In this document: in pieces, positions 8,816 through 17,781 of the stretch
How positions within the stretch are numbered: position 1 is the first letter of the stretch
Layout of the letters: the number at the start of each line of letters is the position of its first letter
NCBI GenBank assembly: GCA_050952805.1
Contig: JBMNLM010000001.1
Coordinates: forward strand, 6,451-70,450
Reading direction: 5' to 3'
Source of the DNA: Bacilli bacterium
GTDB lineage: Bacteria; Bacillota_I; Bacilli_A; RFN20; CAG-826
DNA length: 64,000 bases
Translations under genes and position numbers: made by a program
The notes under the pieces: model-generated
Databases searched by the model: none
What the model was told of the DNA's origin: nothing
What the model saw: only the letters and a program-made list of their open reading frames with translations

Positions 8816-10112
8816 AAAGAAAATTGAACAACATTCAGTTCCTATTGAAGAAACAATCGCAAAAGGCGATGAAACGGCTCTTAAAAAAACGGAAATTGAT
8901 GAAGTAAGTAGTCAAGAAGTTAAAGAAGAAGTTTTAAAAGAAGAAGCTGAAGTTTTGGAAGTTAAAGAAGTTCCAAAAGAAAAAGTAAAAAAAGAAAAAA
9001 AGGCAAAGAAACAGTCCGATTCACCTTCCGCGTTTGTTAGATTCTTTAAAAACATTACAGTAAAACAATGGATTAGTTTTGCAATTATCATCGTTGTTTA
9101 TGTGCTTCTTGCAATCTTTACTAGTCAAAACATGTATGAACTAATTAGGTTAACGCTATTCTCCGCTGTTCCTTTAGCACTCGTTGCAATGGGCGGATTA
9201 TATAGTGAAAGATCTGGTGTTGTAAATATTGCTTTAGAAGGGATTATGATGTTTGGAGCTTTTGTAGGTATTTTAACACTAGAAAGAATCCAAAGTACCG
9301 GAGTAGATGGCCAATGGGTTATCTTTATTGCTCTTCTAATTGGTGGGATTGCTGGAGTTATCTTTAGTCTCCTTCATGCCTTTGCAGCAATTACGATGAA
9401 AAGTGACCAAACGATTTCAGGAACTGCACTTAACATGCTCTCTTTAGCACTTGCTATCTTCCTAGGTAGAGCGCTAAGTCACGGTGGCACAGAAGAAATT
9501 AAATTTGCGAACACTTATCGGATTGATAGAATTCCTGGCCTAGACAAAATCCCCTTCTTTGGGCAAGTTCTCTTTAGTAGGGTATATCTAATTACTTTAT
9601 TTGGTCTACTCTTATTCTGGCTTATGGCAGTTCTTGCCTATAAAACGAAATTTGGTCTACGTCTAAGAGCGTGTGGTGAGAATCCGCAAGCTGCGGACGC
9701 TGCAGGAATTAATGTAATAAAAACGCGCTACATCGCGGTTCTAATTAGTGGCTTCTTAGCCGGTACAGCAGGAGTACTCCTAATTGTACCGACAACGATT
9801 AGCTTTAGAGCTAGCGTTTATGGTTTTGGTTTCCTAGGTTTAGCCGTTTTAATTAGTGGTCAATGGCGACCAAAGCGTGTTCTAATTTTTGCTCTCTTAT
9901 TTGGATTCTTAAGAAGTCTAGCCTCTGGGATTGACTTTGTTATACAAGACTTAGCAAACCTCCCGAGTGTAAGTCAGTTTCTAAAAGATATTCCAAAAGA
10001 CATTATTAAAATGCTGCCTTATGTGTTTACGCTAATCGTGCTAGCGATTACTTCGAAAAAATCGCGAGCACCAAAAGCTGTTGGCGAACCTTTTGATCAA
10101 GGAAAACGCTAG
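8799..10112 (+). CDS. ABC transporter permease (BMP-system, NupC/RnsD-like) with charged N-terminal extension
   Basis: Polytopic and overlaps the upstream permease. K/E-rich N-terminus. Confidence 0.75.
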   Translation: MSNMPKKKIEQHSVPIEETIAKGDETALKKTEIDEVSSQEVKEEVLKEEAEVLEVKEVPKEKVKKEKKAKKQSDSPSAFVRFFKNITVKQWISFAIIIVVYVLLAIFTSQNMYELIRLTLFSAVPLALVAMGGLYSERSGVVNIALEGIMMFGAFVGILTLERIQSTGVDGQWVIFIALLIGGIAGVIFSLLHAFAAITMKSDQTISGTALNMLSLALAIFLGRALSHGGTEEIKFANTYRIDRIPGLDKIPFFGQVLFSRVYLITLFGLLLFWLMAVLAYKTKFGLRLRACGENPQAADAAGINVIKTRYIAVLISGFLAGTAGVLLIVPTTISFRASVYGFGFLGLAVLISGQWRPKRVLIFALLFGFLRSLASGIDFVIQDLANLPSVSQFLKDIPKDIIKMLPYVFTLIVLAITSKKSRAPKAVGEPFDQGKR

Positions 10113-10130
10113 AAATAAGGAGATATTTTC

Positions 10131-10159
10131 AAAAAGAGTGCGATTTTGCACTCTTTTTT
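10131..10159 (+). terminator. Rho-independent terminator
   Basis: AGAGTGC-gatttt-GCACTCT followed by TTTTT. Confidence 0.65.
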
Positions 10160-10243
10160 AGTAATTGTAAATGTGTTTTATTAGTTAAGAATACTTTAAT
10201 CATGTTATAATTTTTTTGAAAGTTCTTGTAAAGGAGAAATAAA

Positions 10244-10804
10244 ATGAAAGATAAATTTAAAGATATTCTCACAAAAGATGAAGAAATTGTTGAAGTTTAT
10301 AAGCCGCATAAAGGGCGCTTCTTTATTAGCCCTTTAAGAGGATTTCTTATAACTTGGCTCTTTATTTTCTTGATGTATGTAATATTGTTTTTTGGCCTAG
10401 AAGCAGAAGAAAATGCGTTTGCGCAAAATGGTATTTACATTGTATTGTATGTCCTTCTTGGTCTTTTAGCTCTATCTCTAATTCTTACATTAGTATTTAC
10501 AAACGTAGGTTATAAAAAACGCTTTTATGCTTACACTAACAAACGAATTATCGTTAGAAGTGGTGTAATCGGCGTTGATTATAAATCGCTAGATATTGTT
10601 CAAATTGGTGCGATTGAAGTTCGTGTTGATTTTCTTGATAAACTTTTTAAAAGCGAAACGGGAACAATTCGCTTTGGATCAATGGCTAATCCAATTGGTG
10701 GTCAACAAGGTGTAGTTCCATTTTCTTTCCACTTTGTTGAAAAGCCCTACAAAATTTATCGCACGATTAAAGAAGATATGGATAGTAGAAATAGCGTTGA
10801 ATAA
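10244..10804 (+). CDS. membrane protein with bacterial PH-like (YdbS/YdbT-type) domain
   Basis: Two TM helices followed by a soluble domain. GGAG RBS. Confidence 0.45.
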   Translation: MKDKFKDILTKDEEIVEVYKPHKGRFFISPLRGFLITWLFIFLMYVILFFGLEAEENAFAQNGIYIVLYVLLGLLALSLILTLVFTNVGYKKRFYAYTNKRIIVRSGVIGVDYKSLDIVQIGAIEVRVDFLDKLFKSETGTIRFGSMANPIGGQQGVVPFSFHFVEKPYKIYRTIKEDMDSRNSVE

Positions 10805-10850
10805 AGTGTACAAAAATAACCTATTCTTTGCAAAATAGCACTATTTTTAC

Positions 10851-10879
10851 AAAAAAAGAGGAACTAAATCCTCTTTTTT
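10851..10879. terminator. bidirectional terminator between convergent genes
   Basis: AGAGGA-actaaa-TCCTCT flanked by an A-run and a T-run. Confidence 0.6.
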
Positions 10880-10904
10880 AAATCGCTAAATGCAAAGTTA
10901 CTTT

Positions 10905-11933
10905 TTAGTAAAGTAACAAAGTTATTGCGCTAAATCTAGCTTGGGCAAATAGGGTAAATGAGTAAGATGTACTTGGTTCATTTAGAACGAACAATACATC
11001 ACCTTCAACGGTTTCAACACTTACATCTGCCCCTGCAGAGTTAGTTAATGCTTCAACAGAATTACCTTTTGGCCATTCTACTGGTTGAAAATATACACCA
11101 TATATTTCAAACTCTTCGGGAACACTAAATGTCACGACTTGAGCAGCATATATTCTTAGTGGATCCGTATAATAACCTTCTGGTTTTGAAGGGCTTGGAT
11201 TACCGACATCAACCATCGATTCACCCTTATCAATCGTCATTGTGATTGCAAATTCATCATCTGCTTGCCAAATTGATTGATTTGGATCACGTTTTGTAAT
11301 TTGATCTTCAGAAGAAAAGTCAAAGGTAACGGGAATAACGTCAGGAACATCAATTCCTCCACCATTTTCTCCAAGAGCTTCAATAAATATGTAAGTACCC
11401 TCGGGATATTCTTCATAGGCTTCTTCTAAATATATATCAATTTGAATCGTTTCTTCGGCATTTACTGTTTGAAAGTATTCATCATCTTCCGTATATGTTT
11501 CGTAACTAGCTGCTTCTAAGACTGCAAGATAGTCATTAACGCGATCAGATTCAGGTACAAAAATTGTAAAATAGTGGTCAAAATAAGGGTCATCAAGCGT
11601 TAATATTGTAAAGCACTTTGTAACACCTGGTAAAACTGGAACAGTTTCGCTTACTTCGTGTTCGCTTAAGTATTCATTTATTTTTTCTTTAGGCCACGAA
11701 TTAGATAGTTCAAACCCATCTTCCAAAAATAAATCGTCGTAATCAGCACTATTTTCTCCTTCGCTTGGTGTGTTTTCACTAGTTTGTTCGCTATCTTCGG
11801 TAGTTGGTTCACTAACTTCACTAGTTTGTTCACTATTTGGATCATCAGTTACTGAGGTAGTTGGCTTATCGTTTTTACAACCCGTAAGCAAGAGAGATAA
11901 AAACATCAAAGCGCTAAAAATTTTCTTATTCAT
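10905..11933 (-). CDS. acidic hypothetical lipoprotein
   Basis: LLLTGCKND lipobox. A D/E/T/S-rich low-complexity N-terminus is followed by a globular domain. Confidence 0.5.
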   Translation of the reverse strand: MNKKIFSALMFLSLLLTGCKNDKPTTSVTDDPNSEQTSEVSEPTTEDSEQTSENTPSEGENSADYDDLFLEDGFELSNSWPKEKINEYLSEHEVSETVPVLPGVTKCFTILTLDDPYFDHYFTIFVPESDRVNDYLAVLEAASYETYTEDDEYFQTVNAEETIQIDIYLEEAYEEYPEGTYIFIEALGENGGGIDVPDVIPVTFDFSSEDQITKRDPNQSIWQADDEFAITMTIDKGESMVDVGNPSPSKPEGYYTDPLRIYAAQVVTFSVPEEFEIYGVYFQPVEWPKGNSVEALTNSAGADVSVETVEGDVLFVLNEPSTSYSFTLFAQARFSAITLLLY

Positions 11934-12013
11934 AAATTTTCTCCTTTATGGGTAAAATTATACATTAATTACGTATATTTACAAATTTTTTTAAATAAAA
12001 TACACTAGTGTTT

Positions 12014-12040
12014 CAGTTGTCCTCAATTTGTGGACAACTG
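12014..12040. promoter_or_regulatory. 27-bp palindromic element (CAGTTGTCC-N9-GGACAACTG) upstream of the Fic gene
   Basis: Perfect 9-bp inverted repeat. A near-copy lies inside the gene at 12228-12254. Confidence 0.4.
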
Positions 12041-12065
12041 AGCAAAAATACTTTAAAATATAAAT

Positions 12066-12920
12066 ATGAAAAAGTATTCAGTTAGATATTTTAATAATAA
12101 GGAAGTAAGAGCAATTTGGGATTATGAAAATTCAAAGTGGTGGTATTCAGCTACTGATATTATTGCTATTTTAGTAAATCCTAAGTCACCAAGAAGATAT
12201 TGGTACAATACTAAAGTTAGAAATCCGGAGTTGTCTCCATATTGTGGACAACAGAAATTGATTGCTCTAGATGGGAAAAAATATAATTCTGAAGTTATAA
12301 GTGAAGAAGGGATAAAACTTCTTATAACGCTAATTCCTACTAAATATAAAAAAGAAACGGAAAATTGGCTAAAAGGTTTTCTTGATCCGCTCGATGAGCA
12401 AAGCAAGAAAAAGGCTTATGATTTATTTAAAACAAATTTAGTAAATGAAGATGAGATTGGAACAACGTTAGCTTTACAAAAGATTCATGCCTATCTTTTT
12501 GAAGGCTTATATCCCTTTGCCGGAAAAATTCGCACAAAAAACATCTCAAAAGGTGGATTTATGTTTGCGAATGCAGAATTTTTACAAGAGACTTTAAACG
12601 ATATTGAAAAAATGCCTGATGCTACATTTAATGAAATCGTTGATAAATATATAGAAATGAACATTGCTCATCCATTTTTAGAAGGAAACGGAAGAGCAAC
12701 GAGGATTTGGTTAGATTTACTTCTTAAAGATCGATTAAAAAAATGTATTGACTGGTCAAAAATAGAAAAAGATGTCTATTTAGCAGCAATGAAAAAGAGC
12801 CCGTATGATTCTAATCCTATTTTTAACTTACTAGAACACGCTTTAACAAGAGATATTAATAATCGTGAAGTTTTCCTTAAGGGCATAGATTACTCATATT
12901 ATTATGAAGAAGAAGAATGA
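12066..12920 (+). CDS. Bro-N-like DNA-binding domain fused to Fic (AMPylase) domain protein
   Basis: The N-terminus FNNKEVRAIWDYENSKWWYSATDIIAIL matches the Bro-N consensus. The C-terminus carries the canonical Fic motif HPFLEGNGRATR. Confidence 0.65.
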   Translation: MKKYSVRYFNNKEVRAIWDYENSKWWYSATDIIAILVNPKSPRRYWYNTKVRNPELSPYCGQQKLIALDGKKYNSEVISEEGIKLLITLIPTKYKKETENWLKGFLDPLDEQSKKKAYDLFKTNLVNEDEIGTTLALQKIHAYLFEGLYPFAGKIRTKNISKGGFMFANAEFLQETLNDIEKMPDATFNEIVDKYIEMNIAHPFLEGNGRATRIWLDLLLKDRLKKCIDWSKIEKDVYLAAMKKSPYDSNPIFNLLEHALTRDINNREVFLKGIDYSYYYEEEE

Positions 12921-13027
12921 AGATAATAAGTCGTATAATTTAAAGAGGAATTAAACAAATGAATAGAGATTTTCTTATTAAAATTCACAAAAGTGTCTCC
13001 TTAATCGTATTAGTAGTGTAGGTGTTC

Positions 13028-13498
13028 ATGAACAGAGAAGAGTTTAGCAAATTTTATCTTGCCTACAAAACGATGGCCTTTAACATATGTTACTCGTATT
13101 TACGTAACGTTAGTGATGCTGAAGACGCGACGCTTGATACTTTTATGAAAGTATATGGAGTTCGTAATAAGTTTGAGAGTAGTGAACACGCTAAGAATTA
13201 TCTAATTCGCGTCGCGATTAACACATCTAAAGATTACTTAAGGCGAAAAAGGTCGTTACCTTTAAAAGAGGAAGTAATCGGCAACGATGACAAAGTAGAG
13301 ATAGATACTCACTTTGTTTGGGAAGTTGTAAATAACCTTCCTAATAAGCAAAAAGATGTCATTTATCTTCGCTACATCCTTGATCTTCCTTATAAAGATA
13401 TTGCTAATATTCTAAAAATTAGTGAAGAAACGGCAAGAAAACGTCATGAACTCGCTATTAAAAAACTTCGTGTTTTAAGTGGAGGTAATAATGAGTGA
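13028..13498 (+). CDS. RNA polymerase sigma-70 family (ECF-type) sigma factor
   Basis: Region 2 and region 4 (VIYLRYILDLPYKDIANILKISEETARKRHELAIKKLR). AGGTG RBS before the ATG at 13028. Confidence 0.7.
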   Translation: MNREEFSKFYLAYKTMAFNICYSYLRNVSDAEDATLDTFMKVYGVRNKFESSEHAKNYLIRVAINTSKDYLRRKRSLPLKEEVIGNDDKVEIDTHFVWEVVNNLPNKQKDVIYLRYILDLPYKDIANILKISEETARKRHELAIKKLRVLSGGNNE

Positions 13499-13613
13499 TT
13501 TAGAAAAGAAATTAAGAGAAACAAAAGAGTTAATTCCTGAGCCTCCAAAGAGCTTAGATGCAAAGCTGGAAGCTAGGCTTAATGATTCGATAAAACCATT
13601 AAAGCGAAGATAA
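13491..13613 (+). CDS. 40-aa ORF translationally coupled (ATGAGTGA overlap) to the sigma gene; candidate anti-sigma partner or leader remnant
   Basis: MSDLEKKLRETKELIPEPPKSLDAKLEARLNDSIKPLKRR. Its start overlaps the sigma stop. Not in the supplied ORF track because it is under 60 aa. Confidence 0.3.
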   Translation: MSDLEKKLRETKELIPEPPKSLDAKLEARLNDSIKPLKRR

Positions 13614-13653
13614 AGAAAAACAAAAAGAAGTAAGTAAAGGGTATATCTCAACG

Positions 13654-14394
13654 ATGGTATCGACGCTAGATAACTATCAAAGTGATGCTACAAAATTCTT
13701 TAAAATGAAAATGGATCTAAATTTAAAAGTTCCTGATTTAAATTTAACGCAAGACGGAACAGTAACGTATGGTGTCTTAAAAATGCAAGACTATATCGTA
13801 AATGGTCTAGATCACGAAAAGAAACCGTATTATTTAAATGGCGTTGAATCGCAAAAAGATTCCTTTGTTTTTGCTACAAAAGGTCATCCAGAAGCCTTTC
13901 CTTATTACAAAGGATCAAATTATGAAGTGTTTAAAGTAAGAATTTCCTTCACTCATTTACTTATTGTTCTTCCTAATGTAGGCGCAAGTCTAAGTGATGT
14001 AAACGTAAGTGAAGCTTACACTAATTTTATTAGTGAAAATAAATATAGAGCAGCTTACGGCTATATTCCTTTCTTTCATAACAAAGTTGAAGGCCAAAAT
14101 TTAGTTAAAACTTTAGATGGTGTAGTTTCACTTAACGAAGTATATATGAGTAAACTTTTAGAAGATGATGTAGTAAATGACCTAATGATTGATTCTATTA
14201 TTCAATCAAATGACTTTGAGTTTAATAAATATGGAGTATCAGGAGAATCAATAACGGCGATTCCTACAGTAGGAAAAAGTGCTCCTGCAGATGAAAAACC
14301 GCTTGATTTATCTGTTAATCGTCCCTTTTATGCTTTTTCGCTAAAAGATGACTTCCCGCTTTTTATTAATAAAGTTACTAATCCTGGTAAATAA
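13654..14394 (+). CDS. serpin-like protein lacking the N-terminal helical half (truncated or degenerate serpin)
   Basis: The C-terminal NRPFYAFSLKDDFPLFINKVTNPGK matches the serpin signature (DRPFLFxI...LFMGRVxNP). AFPYYKGSNYEVFKVRISFTHLLIVLPNVG matches the serpin LPYKG...MxILLP segment. It is only 246 aa, whereas serpins are about 380 aa. Confidence 0.5.
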   Translation: MVSTLDNYQSDATKFFKMKMDLNLKVPDLNLTQDGTVTYGVLKMQDYIVNGLDHEKKPYYLNGVESQKDSFVFATKGHPEAFPYYKGSNYEVFKVRISFTHLLIVLPNVGASLSDVNVSEAYTNFISENKYRAAYGYIPFFHNKVEGQNLVKTLDGVVSLNEVYMSKLLEDDVVNDLMIDSIIQSNDFEFNKYGVSGESITAIPTVGKSAPADEKPLDLSVNRPFYAFSLKDDFPLFINKVTNPGK

Positions 14395-14419
14395 AAAAAT
14401 CCTATTGCCATAGGAATTT

Positions 14420-14466
14420 AAAAAAGAGAGTTAAAATTTTTAAAAATTATGACTCTCTTTTTTTAA
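14420..14466. terminator. bidirectional terminator overlapping the LacI stop
   Basis: AGAGAGT...ACTCTCT with an internal AT palindrome, flanked by A-runs and T-runs. Confidence 0.55.
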
Positions 14467-15460
14467 CGCTATCGCGAATCGTTAAGGAAGGTTTTAAAAT
14501 AACATTATTTGGAACTTTTTCGCCTGCTATTTTCTTAATTAAAATATCACAAACGTGCTTAGCTAGTTCATCTGTAGATTGTTTTATTGTCGTAAGAGGA
14601 ACGTCTAAAGTTGAAGAAAAAAGAAGATCATCAAACCCAACAACGCTAATGTCTTCAGGTATTTTTTTATTTAATTCTCTAGCAGCCTTATAAAAACCAT
14701 AAGCCATTAAGTCATTAGCAACAAAAACACTTGTAATATCAGTGTTTTTAATTAAATCAAGCCCAGCTTTATAGCCGCTTTCAAATTGATAATTTCCGTG
14801 TTTTACATAGTTTTCATTAAACGCAATATTCGCTTTTTTAAGGCTAAGTTTATATCCTTCAAAACGCTGAGTCGCCGATAAAACATTTGGAGCTCCACCA
14901 ATAAAACCAATTTTTGTATGGCCGTTTTTTATTAAATAATCAGTTGCAATACTTGAACCATATTCATTATCAATTGATACATATGGGAAAGGTAAATCAT
15001 TAATGAATCTGTCAAAAGCAACGCAAGCGATATCTTGTCGTTCTAATTTATTTAAGAGTTCTTTATCAAATAATGAATCGTGAGAAATACAAATTATTAA
15101 GCCATCAACTCCATAACTTAATAGTAAATCAATATAGCGATTTTCTTCATCGGCCTCATCTGCAGTATTACATAAAATTAGACTATAACCATATTCTCTT
15201 AACGTAGTTTCGATAATTAAGGCCGTTTCTGCAAAGAAATAGTTAGTAATGTCAGGTATTACTAGTCCAATAATGTTCGTTTTATTAGTCGCTAGAGCAC
15301 GGGCTAAGGAGTTAGGATGATAATTATATTTTTTTGCAAGTTCTAAAACTAATTCACGTTTTTCTTCAGAAACTCTAACATTTTTCCCATTTAAAATTAG
15401 CGACACTGTCGTTGGTGATAAATTTGCTTTTTCGGCGATATATTTTAATGTAACCTTCAT
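14447..15460 (-). CDS. LacI-family transcriptional regulator (RbsR-like)
   Basis: N-terminal HTH (KVTLKYIAEKANLSPTTVSLILNG) and a periplasmic-binding-protein fold. Last gene of the rbsK operon. Confidence 0.8.
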   Translation of the reverse strand: MKVTLKYIAEKANLSPTTVSLILNGKNVRVSEEKRELVLELAKKYNYHPNSLARALATNKTNIIGLVIPDITNYFFAETALIIETTLREYGYSLILCNTADEADEENRYIDLLLSYGVDGLIICISHDSLFDKELLNKLERQDIACVAFDRFINDLPFPYVSIDNEYGSSIATDYLIKNGHTKIGFIGGAPNVLSATQRFEGYKLSLKKANIAFNENYVKHGNYQFESGYKAGLDLIKNTDITSVFVANDLMAYGFYKAARELNKKIPEDISVVGFDDLLFSSTLDVPLTTIKQSTDELAKHVCDILIKKIAGEKVPNNVILKPSLTIRDSVKKRES

Positions 15461-15466
15461 AATATC

Positions 15467-16372
15467 TTACTTACTTATAAGAGCATCTATTTCATCTTTT
15501 GTCGGTATTGCTTGTTGAGCACCTAGTCTAGAGACAGTAATTCCTGAAACTAATGCGGCGCGTTCTATTGCTTCTTTTAGGCTTTTATTTTCTCTAATAG
15601 AAGCTGCAATGCTTCCAACAAAAGCATCCCCTGCTCCAGTCGTATCTTTTACAACGGTATTATACGCAGGATAGCGATGAATTTCATCTTTATAAGTATA
15701 TATTCCTCCTTTAGCACCTAATGTAACGATAACGTTTTCTGCTCCTAATTTTTTAAGTTTATTAATAATTGTTATTTCATCAGAAGAAGTATCATTTGCA
15801 AGCATTTTTGCTTCAATCTCGTTAACAATTAGAAGATCAACATCTCGCAATACGTTAACGTCTAAATCTTTATTAATTGGTGCAGGGTTAAAAATCATAA
15901 ATAAACCGTGTTTTTTTGCAAAAGGAATAATTTTCATAACGACTTCAAGTTGTAATTCAAGTTGTAAAACTAAAATGTCGCCTTTTTTGCTATGATTCGC
16001 AATATCACTCATAGCATCGGTTAAACTATACTTTGCATTAGCGCCGCTATTTACAATAATGCGATTATCGTCTTCATATAAAATAATCATTGCAACGCCA
16101 GTTGGACTTTCTTTTACTTTTATAAAACTTGTATTAACGCCAAAGTTAGAAATGTTTTCTAAACTTTCTCTTCCATATGTATCGTTACCTACGGCTCCAA
16201 GTAATATTGTTGGTGCACCACTTTTAGCACTTGCAACAGCTTGATTAGCGCCTTTCCCTCCAAAATTAATAAAGAAGTCATCGCTAATTATTGTTTCTCC
16301 CTTAAGTGGAAGTTTTTTTGTTTTTGTAACGAGATCAACGTTAATACTACCAAGAACAATAACTTTTTTCAT
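15467..16372 (-). CDS. rbsK: ribokinase (PfkB family)
   Basis: GGKGANQAVA and DTTGAGDAF motifs. 301 aa. Confidence 0.8.
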   Translation of the reverse strand: MKKVIVLGSINVDLVTKTKKLPLKGETIISDDFFINFGGKGANQAVASAKSGAPTILLGAVGNDTYGRESLENISNFGVNTSFIKVKESPTGVAMIILYEDDNRIIVNSGANAKYSLTDAMSDIANHSKKGDILVLQLELQLEVVMKIIPFAKKHGLFMIFNPAPINKDLDVNVLRDVDLLIVNEIEAKMLANDTSSDEITIINKLKKLGAENVIVTLGAKGGIYTYKDEIHRYPAYNTVVKDTTGAGDAFVGSIAASIRENKSLKEAIERAALVSGITVSRLGAQQAIPTKDEIDALISK

Positions 16373-16383
16373 AAGCTACTCCT

Positions 16384-17781
16384 TTATATCGTGCGTGCTA
16401 ATTTTGTTGTAAAATCGGCTAATTCACGAATGCTCATTTTTTCATATTTTCTTAAATACGTAATTAGTAGGTCGCCAATTGGCTCTTTCCAATGTTCATC
16501 AATTCCATCTAATCCTAATTGAATACCTAAAACTGTTGCAATTTGGGCAAGATTACAATCAACGTCATAACCACAATGGCATGAAATTGACACGGTTTCT
16601 GTAAAGTTATTGTTTCCAAACCATAAGGCGACAATTTCTGCGGCAGCATTAGGATAGCTATGAATCCAGTTGTACGTTTCAAAGCGTTTTCTACATACAT
16701 CCCAGGCATCTTGCCATTTATCATGTTTTTTACATTCATCTAAGGCGAATTTAACAACAGAATAATATTCACTTTCATTAGGAATTAAATCTATTACTGT
16801 TTCAAGAAGTTTTTTATTATCTTTTTCAATATAACTTCCTGCTACGAGCATCGCATTAAATACTTCACCAATTACACCATTGTTATGATGACTTACAACG
16901 CCATCCATAAATGCATAATAGGCTGCTTTTTTATAATCGCCAGGCGCAATCATTCCACAAACTGCTCCGCGCATTTGAGCACCAATCCATTCTCGGTAAG
17001 GATTGTGTAAATATCCTGATTCTGGAGGGTAAATGCCTAGTTTTAAATTTTTAAGTGCCCACTCTTCTGCAGACCAACCAAAAGGAATTAGTGCAACCCA
17101 TTCTTCGGCAATGTGAGAAGAAGTAAGGTCTTTGCCATATCTTTCTAGTGCCTTTAAAAAGGCAATTTCATAGGTTATATCGTCGTTATATGTGTTTGGT
17201 TTACGAACATAGTCGCGAATTACACCAAACTTTTCTAAAATCGCTTCAGGAGTATAGCCTTCAACTGCAGTACCAACAGCACCACCGATAATTTGTGCTA
17301 ACCAACCTGCGTAATTTGCTTCTGCAAAGTTAGGCGAGTTTTTATCATATTTAAAAGGTTTAGGAAATTCGACATCCTCTAAATAATCTTCAAAAGTATG
17401 ATATTGCTTAAATGACCAGTAGGGGTGATCAGAAATTTTTGGAACATTATTCATTAAATTCCAAATTCTTATTGTTAATCTGTTTAATTCGAGTAGGTCG
17501 TTACGATTAAGTGCATCTAAACCCTTAGGAAGTAGAGCTTCAGGAGCACTAACATCGTAGCCCATGTTATATAAAGCTTGAACGGCACCGAAAATAACGC
17601 GCTCAGGAGCACCTGATCCTGGAACATTAGAAGACCACTTCATTTTTAATAGAGTGTCTTCCATTTGTTCAACTTTTTTATTTGCAATCCAACCTTGTTC
17701 ATCTTCCTCTAAGATTACAGGTTTTGCATTTTCCATTAATTGTTTTTCGGCAATCCAAGCCTTAAACTGTTTCTTTTTCAT
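16384..17781 (-). CDS. ADP-ribosylglycohydrolase-family (ARH/DraG-like) protein
   Basis: The C-terminal GYDVDCNLAQIATVLG matches the ARH G-DTDT-AAI-G motif. N-terminal GGAVGTAVEG. AGGAGG RBS 7 nt before ATG 17781. Context mirrors E. coli yegTUV. Confidence 0.6.
   Translation of the reverse strand: MKKKQFKAWIAEKQLMENAKPVILEEDEQGWIANKKVEQMEDTLLKMKWSSNVPGSGAPERVIFGAVQALYNMGYDVSAPEALLPKGLDALNRNDLLELNRLTIRIWNLMNNVPKISDHPYWSFKQYHTFEDYLEDVEFPKPFKYDKNSPNFAEANYAGWLAQIIGGAVGTAVEGYTPEAILEKFGVIRDYVRKPNTYNDDITYEIAFLKALERYGKDLTSSHIAEEWVALIPFGWSAEEWALKNLKLGIYPPESGYLHNPYREWIGAQMRGAVCGMIAPGDYKKAAYYAFMDGVVSHHNNGVIGEVFNAMLVAGSYIEKDNKKLLETVIDLIPNESEYYSVVKFALDECKKHDKWQDAWDVCRKRFETYNWIHSYPNAAAEIVALWFGNNNFTETVSISCHCGYDVDCNLAQIATVLGIQLGLDGIDEHWKEPIGDLLITYLRKYEKMSIRELADFTTKLARTI

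Noticed and set aside
12921-13027. 20-aa ORF (MNRDFLIKIHKSVSLIVLVV) upstream of the sigma factor gene
   Set aside because: Too short and no RBS. It could be a leader peptide but there is no supporting structure, so it is not called.
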